Origin: Bugula neritina | Lineage: Eukaryota; Animalia; Bryozoa | DNA: 22,347 bases | Assembly (NCBI GenBank): GCA_964035545.1 | Contig: CAXIUT010000295.1 | Location: 1 to 22,347 of the forward strand | Reading direction: 5' to 3' | Shown here: positions 1 to 11,263 of the stretch, piece after piece | How positions within the stretch are numbered: position 1 is the stretch's first letter | Layout of the letters: each line of letters begins with the position of its first letter | Notes under the pieces: model-generated | What the model was told of the DNA's origin: nothing | Database searches by the model: none | Seen by the model: only the letters and a program-made list of their open reading frames with translations | Position numbers and translations under genes: made by a program

Positions 1-89
1 CCCAACCCCAACCCCCAACCCCAACCCCAACCCCAACCCCAACCCCAACCCCAACCCCAACCCCAACCCCAACCCCAACCCCCAACCCC
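1..89 (+). repeat. Left telomere, (CCCCAA)n
   Basis: About 15 tandem CCCCAA units (two C5 variants) at the window start; Tetrahymena-type C4A2 repeat. Confidence 0.98.
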
Positions 90-470
90 TATCATAAATT
101 TTATGTTTCCCAGAAAAGACATTTTTAAATTTTACTGGCTAAATATATTGCCAACAATTATGAAACTTTTTACGAGAAACGTTGGAAATTTATTATTTAG
201 TATAATAAGGTTTAAAAAACCCAAGAGAAAAAAAGAAAGTAAATTGAACTTAGAAGACTATTAAAGCTTGTTGGAATGACTAAATTATTGGATGAAGATT
301 GTCTTCCTGAAAAGCATATAGTACTTGAGTAAGCTTTGAAAAGAAAAGATATTCCAATGATTCCCGATCCTATTATGGACTTTAGTTTCTAAAATTTCTA
401 AGAAAGTTTCAAAGAATATGTTGACATCTTAAAGAATAAAATTAAAAAATATAAAAAACTTTTATTCTGA
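90..470 (+). CDS. 5'-truncated hypothetical protein (3' end of a gene cut by telomere addition)
   Basis: With TAR=Glu the frame is open from the first base after the telomere (YHKFYVSQKRHFEILLAKYIANNYETFYEKRW...YKKLLF) to TGA 468-470. 126 codons, protein-like composition, no ATG near the 5' end. Confidence 0.55.
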
Positions 471-589
471 AGTAAAGTTAACTTGATATTCCTCAAACAT
501 AATGTTATTATCTTATATATATTCTTTATTTTTAAGACTAAATAATCACAGCTGCTTTACATATTTATTGATATAAAAGCATAATAATT

Positions 590-2206
590 ATGAAGACAAA
601 TTTTCCCGTATTTTCTTCATTTGTACCTCCAAGTCAAACGTTTTCACTCAACGGTAGCTTCCCTAAAAGTCCTAATAAGTTTCCTGTTAAAGAGTCAATA
701 ATAAAACCTAAAGATATTGTTAATTTTTCATCAAAATAATCAATATCTTCAAATAACCTCCACAAAGTTAAAAAAAGACCACATTAATATTCAACTTTAA
801 GACAAACACTTAATAATAAATCAGACAATATGGAGTTACTAGTGAACAATAATGATAAAAATAAATCTTTAAAACTAAATAGTCCTCTCAGACATACCTT
901 AACAGTTAAACCTAAAACAACAATAGAAGTTTAAAATAATTAACTTGAAAACTTTAAAAAGTAAAATGATCGTAAACCCTATTTTAACCAAAAATAAAGC
1001 CTTCCATAAAATTATTTAGTATCTCAAAATAGAATAGATCCTGAAACAAATAGTAAAAAAACCATTGAGTAGTTAAAATAAAAATGGAAAAATAGTGGTT
1101 TTAAAACTCCTTTAGGTTCTAATAAAAATTAAAATCCAATCTCCAAATAAATAAAAATTGATAAGAAAATGACATAGTAAACATCAAGCTAGTCTGAATA
1201 AAGTAAACTATTTCGAAAAAAGAATACTTTTCAATAAATGTATGAATGTAAAACTCCGAAACTTCCTAAATATTTACTTGAATAAAAAATTAAGAAAATA
1301 GGATCTTCAACATCAACGAATAACTCCTAAACTAGATCTCCTCCAAACAAATTAAAATAAAAAAAAGAAGAAGTCAAGAAATAAATACCTCTGTCTTTTG
1401 ATGATTTTAGTATAGGTAAAGTTTTAGGAGAAGGAAAGTTCGGAGTCGTCCTCAGAGGATTTCATAAAAAAACTAGTACCTTATATGCATTGAAAAAGCT
1501 ATCAAAAGATATTATTCGATCTTATATGCTTATTAATCAGCTTAGTCTTGAAATCAAAATCCATAGCTTTACTGAACATCAAAATATCTTGAAATTTTAT
1601 GGAATATTAGATAATTAAACAGATGTATATCTAATTTTAGAGTATATGGAGCAAGGTACTTTGTATTCTCAACTTAAAAAGAATCGTATTTTGTCTTAAA
1701 CTGAAGCTGCTAACATCATAAAGCAAATTACTCGTGCAGTTTAGTATCTACATGACCATGATATAGCTCACAGAGATATTAAACCATAAAATATCGTCAT
1801 AACTAATGTATTTTTCCTATAATCTTAGAATGTTTATAAGTTATGTGATTTTGGCTGGGCTACAATATGTAACTAAAGAAGAACTACTCATTGTGGAACC
1901 TTTGATTATGCAGCCCCTTAAATACTCGAAGGGAAATCATATGATAAGAGTGTTGATTTATGGTGTCTTGGAATCCTTACTTTTGAACTTCTAACTGGAA
2001 AAGCTCCCTTCTATCATATCAGTCGGAAAGAAACAATGAGAAAAATAGTTAATTGTGAACTAGAATCTATCAAGTATCCTCCTTATATGTCAAGTTAAGC
2101 TATCGATTTTATTTAAAAGTTGATAAGAAAGAATCCTGAAGAAAGGATGAAAACTTCTGAAGCTTTAGATCATAATTTTTTGAATAAGGTTGAAGAAGAA
2201 TATTGA
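590..2206 (+). CDS. Aurora-family Ser/Thr kinase, ~531 aa, long low-complexity N-terminus; intron 1808-1828
   Basis: ATG 590, TGA 2204-2206. Motifs FDDFSIGKVLGEGKFG, YALK, EIKIHS, HRDIKP(TAA)N, LCDFGW, RRTTHCGTFDYAAP(TAA), YDKSVDLWCLG. DFGW and RxTxCGT are Aurora hallmarks. A 21-nt GTA...TAG intron lies between subdomains VIb and VII. Confidence 0.92.
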
Positions 2207-2273
2207 TTTTGATATTATAGTTTATTATTATTGGTATAAGGAATGATATTAAAATAACGTTAATAAATAAAAA

Positions 2274-2344
2274 TGAGAGGTAAAGGTTTCGATCCCTTGC
2301 TCTCCGGGCATAAGCCCGGTGTGTTTCCTCTACACCAACCTCTC
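2274..2344 (-). tRNA. tRNA gene with initiator-Met-type scaffold but a non-canonical 6-nt anticodon loop (CTTATG); identity undetermined
   Basis: Minus strand folds as GAGAGGT TG GTGT AGAGGAA ACAC A CCGGG CTTATG CCCGG AGAGC AAGGG ATCGAAA CCTTT ACCTCTC A, followed by TTTTT (Pol III terminator-like). All four stems pair. Confidence 0.85.
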
Positions 2345-2746
2345 CTACGCTCTTCAAACGTCCCATTCACATTAAATCTTCTTTTTAAATCTCATAAAAT
2401 AGTTTATTCTCTAAAGAACCTCAAAAACTTGTCTTTTAACATTTTTATTGACTTATTTAGCAAATATTATTTGAAAAATATTCTTAAGTACTTTTTTAAT
2501 TTTGATAAATAATTTTTAAATTTAAAACCACGTTTATATGATTCTAGTTACTGGTTGAATAAAACTCAAGTTTATTTAACTTAATTTATTTTAAAGGTTA
2601 AGTTTATTGCTTCTCATTCAATTCAAAAATACTTTTTATATAGTTTAATGTTTTTCTGGCATTAAGCTTCAGAATTATTTAAAACAAGAGCCTTTTTAAA
2701 TCTCTCATATATTGTATAGAAATTAGAAATTAATTTAAAAAGAAAC

Positions 2747-3627
2747 ATGAAGTCAACACTCATAGCTCTTTCACTCTTACTCATTGGAGCCTTCTCTACT
2801 GACTGTGGACAAGGATTCGTTAGTCTAAACGATGTTTGCATTGAACCTCGCTACATTGAAGGATGCCATGCATACAAATCAGAAAACTCATGTAGTGAAT
2901 GCGACTACAGATATGTTCTCAACTCAAACGGACTCTGTGAACTCAATCGTCAAGTTACTGATATTTGCTGTGCTAGAAGAGGTGATGATGGTTCTTGCGA
3001 AGAATGCAGCAAAGGTCTTTATCTTATTGATGGAGTCTGCAAAGAATCTAACATCATTGGTTGTTTAGAAAAGAATGAAAAAGGAAAATGTGTTAATTGT
3101 GCATCAGGTATTCCTTATTTTATACAGACTTTTACTTGAAGAAAAAAGTGTGTGAAAAAACTGTTAAAAACTGTGTAGAATTTTCAGATAAAGAAAAAAG
3201 CACCTGTTCTGAATGCGCCCATGGATATAGTCTTTATCAAAACTTCTGTGTTAAAAACTCTATTATGGGATGCAAAACCGAGGTGGAAAAGAAATGCACT
3301 GAATGCTATAAACCCTTCGTTCTTACCGATTATGACTGTACCATTAAAAACTGCAAAGTCTACAATGACTATAAATGTGCTGCTTGTGAATGTGGATATT
3401 TCCTCACTAGCACTGGCATCTGTAAATCAGTTGCTAGCGGATGCATGAGATACAAAAGAGGAGAATGCATTGACTGCCTTCCTAAGTGGACTTTGATTAA
3501 TAACTAATGCTAACTTGTAGGATGCAGAAAGATCTTTAACCATAAGTGTGCTACCTGCAAAGACTAGTACGATCTTGTTGATGGAGGATGCTAACTCAGA
3601 AAAGTCTCCATTTTGAGAAGTGAATGA
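2747..3627 (+). CDS. Secreted cysteine-rich protein with CxxC (furin-like/surface-antigen-like) repeats, ~286 aa; intron 3108-3127
   Basis: Signal peptide MKSTLIALSLLLIGAFS and repeated CxxCxxGY/F-x-L units. A 20-nt GTA...CAG intron joins track ORFs 2747 and 3097. Reads through four TAR codons to TGA 3625-3627. No obvious C-terminal GPI/TM segment. Confidence 0.88.
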
Positions 3628-3708
3628 TCCCATGATATTCGTCATATTTTAAATAATACTTTAATATATAGCCGAAGTTATTTAGTAATATTAATACTAA
3701 AGTTGAAA

Positions 3709-4033
3709 ATGTCATTCTAGAATACTGTGTCTCAAGACGGGTATTTATTTTTTCATTCAGAAGCATCAATATCAACGTAATTCCATCTATTGGACACATT
3801 GTCAATGTCAATGAAACTGATAAATCTCGAATGGTATTCAATGTCTAAGATAGATTCAAGATGTGGAAGCATGGAGATCAAGAAAAGGAGCCCTACATTC
3901 TCAACCAAGAGATTTCGATCCAACCAGATATGCTTCTTTTAGCGTCAAAGAAGTAGTTGAAGAACCTGTTGCATCAGAACATATCCATGATTATGTCGAA
4001 AGATCAAGACTCAGCAGAAGACTAGGATTTTGA
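3709..4033 (+). CDS. Small hypothetical protein, 94 aa; introns 3741-3760 and 3834-3853
   Basis: Removing two 20-nt GTA...YAG introns gives a continuous ATG-to-TGA frame: MSFENTVSQDGSININVIPSIGHIVNVNETDKSRMIQDVEAWRSRKGALHSQPRDFDPTRYASFSVKEVVEEPVASEHIHDYVERSRLSRRLGF. Confidence 0.75.
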
Positions 4034-4098
4034 TTATGGATCGAATATTTATCATAATATATCACTAAAATTACATGTTTAAATGAATCATTTAACTT

Positions 4099-7000
4099 TC
4101 AATAGTTTTTAACAATTTTATTTTCTAAACTAATACCATTCCTAATCCGAACTATCTTCACATAATTTTTAGCTTTCAGATAAATATTTTCATTTTTGAC
4201 AAAAATAGTTTAGCAATTTGGTTCTACCCAATAATAGGTTGTTATTTTTTGGAAATATTATTTATTAATAAGAACAATATCAAGAGAATCACAAGATTCA
4301 TATGAGATAAAGAGTAAATTTCTATCAAAATACATTGTATTGATACTTCTATTCATTTAGAATCTTTGTTTATGAATAATTTGGTTATTATTGATAATAT
4401 ATTGCTCTATAACATGCAATTTATAAAGAAAAATATGGAATAAACTTTATTACTAATGAATTAGAACCTTATTTATTCCAAAATTCACTTGAATAAGTTA
4501 TTTTAGATTTTATTCTATCATATTATTTGTAAGGTCTAACTTAAATACTGATTATATATTAACTAGAATTAAAGAAAATTGTCTTTGATTTTATATAAAT
4601 TTGATCTATACTAAAGGTTTATCCAAATGAAAGTCTTTAATTTACATTTATGATTGATTTAAACAATCTATAATAGCTACCACAAGTATCTTATCAGCAT
4701 ATAAAGTAATAATAATATTATTTTTTATTTGTTTTATCTTAATTTTTTACCATTATGATTCTAATAACCAATTTTTTAATACTTTATTTTAGATCATTTT
4801 TGAACCTGTTTATTGATAGGTTAATGATTCTATCATTATTTGAATTTAACTTATGTAAAACTATTTATTTTCAGTATTAAAAGTCAAAAAGATAAGGTAA
4901 TTATCTCTATTTTCAATAGCTAAAATTGTGATATTATACTTTGGTATTTTAAGCTGTTTTTATCCAACAATAACTTCAATATTTTATTCACTTGTTACAA
5001 CCAAAAACTCTTTTGTCCATAATATCTCTTCGATTTTAGGATAATTATATATTTTAACTAATTAGGTAAAAACTTCATAATAATAAAGATTAGGTTATTA
5101 AATAGCTTTATTTGATGGCAAGGTCAATGTTTTTATCATTTAAAGAGAATCATTCACTGAAGCCTTATATTAAAATGACTACTATTTTAGTGATTAGATT
5201 TTATCTAAAAATAATAACAGTTATTTAACTATTTTTACTATTATTTATTAATCAATGATATTTTTACATTGTATAACTGATGAATTTTGATAGCTTTGAA
5301 GTTTTCCATTCCATTTTTTGTCCAAAATATCAGTAAATACTAATTTAACATGAATAAACTAAAGCAATCGATAATTAAATACAACTTTTTGGTGTTATTT
5401 AATAACAGGATAAGTATATAAATATTTATACTGCTAAGGATAATTTTAGTTTATTTCTCTCAATCGATGTTTATTCATACATATTGCTTTATGCAAAATA
5501 TAAATGAACTTTTAACTCTCTAATGACTATAGATGATAAAAATGACTTTTAATTCGAATGTAACTTGATAAAATCCAATCATAAAGTTGCATTTTATTAA
5601 AATAAGATGACTTCCCTCCCCATCTATACAATATGTTTATTATTTAATCATTACTTTCTTCAAAACTACTCTTTTTGTATATTTATGGATTTATCAATCC
5701 CAAATCCTCTAATTATGTACTTTTCTTCAATCTAAAAATAAACACAGTCTTTATACTTTTAGCCCTATTCACCAACTGATCACATTGATTGCATATCTAT
5801 ACATGATCAACTATTAAAATAACATTTTTTTTATCATTCACGCCAACTAACTTCAATTTCTTATCAGCTACCAAATAATCTTATAAAGAATTATTCAACA
5901 TAGACATATACTAGATCACTTGATACTTTCCTTGTGATTTTATCCATTGAAGAAACGATAAGATTGGAAATTATGAATTATAAATGGCAAAACTACTGTT
6001 TTTATTGATATAATTCAAATAAGGATTTTGATTCATTTTTTAAACTACTTTATATTCCTAGAAAGAAAGCTAACCATCATAATATGCATTCTTAATAGGT
6101 AACATAAATTGATCATAATTCTAAGAAACCAAAAGACAAACCAACTAAGGATGAGATATCAGAAGCGATTCTCTCATTATTATTTTAAACTGATATTTAC
6201 TAAAATACTATCGAATATAATTCAACCTTAGTTTAATAACATCGTAATAGTAGACCATTTTTGAATTCCATCGATAATAAATAAACAAGTTTTTTATCAT
6301 CTATTGTCTTTATTCATCTATAGTGTGAAGAAGTTGATACATCTAATGTAAAATAATTTCACTTAGTTCTTCTATTTTGATAGTTATCATAGATTCTGAT
6401 CGATTTATAAGAAAAATATCTTATATTATCTTATAAGTGTTCATATTGAATACACTAAAAAAATCTGTTCTGCATAGATAAAGATTATTATCAATAGATT
6501 TTATAGAATTTTCATTTACAAATTATATACTTTAATTCATTTAGTTAATTTCGATAAATGACAGTTGCTAACTCAAAGTTTTAATATTGAAATTTTAATT
6601 AACTAACCAACTCAACAATAATATACCTCCTAATCCCTTAACTGCTTTATTTCTCAGTATTCCTTTATAAAAAAGACTAAGATAGTCTGATTAGCTATAA
6701 ATATATTAATTGATAGTTTTTAATTCTTCAATATATGGTCTGATATTAAGATAAGCCTTTTTATTTTAGTATCCTTTTATTTTAGAATATTTAATCAAAG
6801 TTGTGTTTTTATCATGAGGCACTACATATCCTTCAGGATTAATCAAATAACTTAAATAATAAGTTAATACTTTTATTTAATAATCTTCCTCATTTGAAAA
6901 ATCTTTTGGTTTTGAAGCTCTAGCGATATAAAGTTGTTTATCAGAAATATTATGAAAAATATAAGATGATATTTCTTTAGAATTTTCATTATTAATCCAA

Positions 7001-7806
7001 GATTTAGGTGATATGTTATAATATATAGGCTGAGAACATAATTTTTATATAAAACCACCTATCTTTAATCTATCTTTCTAAAAAGGTTTTATACTTTTAA
7101 CAGATATATCAATATTGCTTTTTAACAAACTTTATAAATATTTTTTAGCAAAATAACTTTCTTAAATTAACTTTTTTGTTTCTTATTTATACTATATTTA
7201 GATATTCATCTTATTTTGATTTATTTTGACCTTTTATAAAGTTAACTGGAAGAGCTAACTATCAAATTTATCTACTATATTGGTAAATCCTTCTTTTTTA
7301 AGTTATTTTATCTCATTTGCATTCTTTTAAATTATTATAAATTACACTTTTTTGGCAAAAGATTTCAAAATATTATTCAAAGCTATTCTTAGTTATTATT
7401 TAGGTTTCAATTGAGCAAAACCTTATCCAAAACATATTTATCTATCAACTAGAATAGGTCTATTGAAAGAAATATCTTTAAATATATTTTTATCTATGTT
7501 AAAATAATAAAGCTTTTCTTATAATTATGGCAAAATAGCTTGAAAAACATCTTTCATTACCTTCCTATTTTTTGAAGATAAACACACAAATATCTCCTTC
7601 TCCATTTTACTTTAATGTCCCTCTTATTCAATACAATTTTATTTATTCTTTAACATAGATTTGAATAATTATCTCAACTTAAGACCATCTTTCACCACTG
7701 TATACACTCCAGGTTGTTTTTACTCAACAATCACATTCTGAGTAGGATCAATTTATGTGGCATATACTAGTTCTATTGCCTCAAAGCTAATCAAAGTTGC
7801 TATCAT
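4099..7806 (-). CDS. Large hypothetical protein, 1235 aa, apparently intronless
   Basis: One TGA-free frame from ATG 7806 (MIATLISFEAIELVYATEIDPTQ) to TGA 4101-4099, with many internal TAR codons. No recognised family motif; the C-terminal ~300 aa is rich in short beta-strand-like segments. Confidence 0.85.
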
Positions 7807-7840
7807 TATTAAATAATAAATTATAATAAACTGATTTGTA

Positions 7841-10800
7841 TCATTTGTATCTACCAACAGGTCCCTTGTAGTTCTATACTACATTTTTATCAGATTATTT
7901 GCCAGTCATCTTTAAATACCTCTCATAGTTTTACATTCCCTTCTTTCCCTTTATCTCCCACTTACCCTTTCCTGACACCTTTTTGTTCTTCAAAAACTAT
8001 TCAACTAAATCCTATGCTTTCTATCTAATCACTAAATCTTCATGCGATTGCAAACTAATAACAACTTCCCATATCTATTCGACTTCCTTTTCTTGACATA
8101 TTTTAACAAGATGCTTAAGAATATCTAAAGGATACTATAGATATATTTCTTGCCCAGAACTAACATAATATTTAAGTATCTTTTGAGTGATAGTAATGAT
8201 ACTTTTCAGTTAATTTTAACCAAGATAACGAGAAGCAACTAACAACTGAATAGCTTTCAGCACATTAACACTACAATACTAATTAAAGTATTTATTTATT
8301 GACTAAAATTTGCATGTATCACAAAACTTCTTGATAAACACATTACTAATTTGAAACAAAACAGCTATCAACTTCAAAGTCATAGAAGCAACTGCCTCCT
8401 CTTGTTCCTCATGGTTCAACAAATAATCTAACTGAGGTATCAAGTGGTCATTGATCATCGATGTTATTTTATTGGTTGTAGAATTAAGTATAGTACTATC
8501 ATATATGTTCTACTATGACATATAGGTGTTAACTAAATAGAGTAAATACTTCATACAACAAAACCTGATATCATTCTGATTTGATTTTAAAATTTTACCC
8601 ACCAAAAAAGGCAATAAATTATTAGTATAACTCTCTTGCAATTTCTATGTTATTGAAGAATCACTCAATATTTTCTATATTACCTGCATATATTGACTTT
8701 TTATCATAACAAATGACGAGTTATCACAACTAATATCAAAAAGATTCAAAAGATTTATCAAAGATTAAATATTTTGGTATTTGTCAAACAACTATTAGAA
8801 AATAGGACTATTTATCATATGATTTAAAATACCAATGTAGAAATGTTTACGATTAGAATCAAAAGAACTTCCCTTTATTGATTTTTTAATATCCTACTCA
8901 ACCAAAACAACTAATTGACTAAAATTTTAATACAAAGTCACTAAAATAAATTGCAAACATTGAGTCTAGTATTTAGCTCCATCTTTTCCCTGTCTCTAAA
9001 TAATATGAAATAATTTGCTATCCAACAAAAATAAGCATTTCCTCAAATTATGCTGTAATACAAAATAAATAAAAAGATAAATTCTTCCCTTTACCACCGA
9101 TGAATTGATATCAAGTAAAGACAAAGATGCATAGAATAGATTATTATCATCGAGTATTGCTTTGCTTACTTTACTTTTGATTGATTTTTAGAATTGAGTC
9201 AAAAAGATCCAGAGTAATATTTGATGTGTTTTATTATGAGTTTAAGAATTTTTAAAAGTTTATATTATATTATTCATGCCTATTTTATCCAAAAACATCT
9301 ATCTAAGAGTTGTATTCAATTGAACAATATGATGAAGACAACAACAAATAGAAGCCCTAAACGATTCATTTTTAGTCCCATTAAATGAATTCACCAACAC
9401 CAGCAACGTATCTATTTGTGCGAATTTTAATCCAACCTACTTAGCCTGAGCTGTTATGTTTTCAATCGATTTGCAACAGTATATCCGAACAATCTCATCT
9501 TCAGTCTGATTCTTTAGTATTTTAAGTAAAGAATGGATCAAATTCATAGAAAGGTCCCATTCATTTACTTTCTCATCAACTTGAGTTGCTCCGTAAAAGA
9601 GTAATTCACCTAAAGCAGCCATAGCTTTTCTTCTTACCTTTTCACTTTTATCTTTTATAGCCTATAAAAAAGCATTTATTATGTTATACCTCAAAATATC
9701 TGGATCAATCACTGTAGCATGTCGGATTAGTAATCCTAAAATTTAACACATTTTTGATCTTAATGAAGATTGCTTATAACCTTTCATCAGTTTGATATAG
9801 TAAGGAATAAAATTGCTTTTGAATAAATAATTTGCTATTTCTGAATTTTGGATAATACTTTAAAAATATCCTAAAACATTAAACTTTTCATCTCCCAGCA
9901 TTCCATCTAAGATTCTCTTCAACTAACTTTACATTTATCCGTTAACTATACCATCAGCTAACACCTCAGGTTCTATATATTGAAAACCTAATCCTTTTTT
10001 ATTGAAATTGAAACTTTACATCACTTATATATCCTTATTACCAATTATAGGTTTCACTGAATTATCAGATTGATGATGAATCACATCTTCAAGAGGAGGC
10101 ATATTTTTAGAACTTAAAGTCTACATAAATATATTTATTGTTGTTGAATCTTGAATTTCATTCGGTTGTTTAGGTCTTTTTGACATCATTATCTGCTTAC
10201 CAACCTTTTCATCGAACTATTGCATTTTTTATCCTTATTACTCAGGACCTTCCTTCTAAAAATCATTGTCTTCATAGTTTTAGGAATCAGGCTCAAATAT
10301 AAACTGCTATCTCCTATCATTAGCTGGTATCTGTTTTAAATCGTATCCTTCAAATTGCTGTGATGCTCTTAACATTTCAACATTATTACTTTTCTTCTTT
10401 CCTTTCTTGTACTCTTAAAAATGAGGCTATTTTGGGATATTATAGATTTATACTTATCCTTTGATCCATGAACAGTTAAAGAGTTCTTTCCAACCAATCC
10501 TATTTTCAGGTTATTTAGCTAATAATCTTTCCAAAAGATGATTAAAATCAGAACTGAAAAACTCGACTTTAGGAGTCTATGCTGTCTTAGATAAAGAAGC
10601 TATATCATGAAGACTACTCGATACAAAAGGAGGATTTCCCTGAGCTAACTCATAAAGAATACACCCAAGAGCCCACAAATCACTAGCAAAAGAATAGACA
10701 CTTCCCACTTAGAATAGTTAAGGTGCCATATAACAAGGAGTTCCTTTCTTTTTTTCTTTTTGGTTATGCATCAAATCAACCAAAAAATGAGCCGATCCAA

Positions 10801-11218
10801 AATCTCCAAGTTTGATATTTCCATACTAATTAATAAGTATAGAAGCAGGTTTCAAGTCACAAATAACAATACCTTTTGAATGAGTAAAAGCTAAAGCTGA
10901 CATGATTTACTGAGCAAATCCTTTAACAATATTTTAGGGAAGACTCTTATCCTGCTAGATCAATTTCAGGAGATCTCCACCTGGACAATACTCTGTAACA
11001 GCCCACATGTGATTTTTAGTTTACATGTATTCATAGAATTTGATGATATTGGTGTGATGGACTTCATCGAGCACTTTAGCTTAATTTAATATTTTTTGTT
11101 TACGACCTTTGTCCATTCTTTTGATAGCAACAAACTAAAGTTTCTTTTTCTTTCTGGCTTTGAATATAACTGAAAACTTGCCCTTTGCCTCCTCCTCGTA
11201 AATATGGTATTTGTTCAT
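7841..11218 (-). CDS. ULK4: ULK4/RUNKEL-like (pseudo)kinase with C-terminal HEAT/ARM region, 1125 aa
   Basis: MNKYHIYEE..., ETKNHMWAVTEYCPGGDL, CDLKPAS, GDFG, GTPCYMAP(TAA)LF, SFASDLWALGCILYE, SDNSVKPIIGN, DKSEKVRRKAMAALGELLFYGATQ. These closely match recalled plant RUNKEL/ULK4 blocks. One open frame to TGA 7843-7841. Confidence 0.92.
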
Positions 11219-11263
11219 TTGAATTTAAACTATAATAAAGTTATCTATCTAATCAATAAAATA

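Noticed and set aside
2331-2345. TACACCAACCTCTCC resembles the Tetrahymena chromosome breakage sequence TAAACCAACCTCTTT
   Set aside because: It mismatches the core, is the antisense of the tRNA acceptor/D arm, and no break occurs there.
2109-2512. Track ORFs 2109-2366 (-) and 2273-2512 (+)
   Set aside because: They overlap the tRNA and the kinase 3' end, and are incidental standard-code frames.
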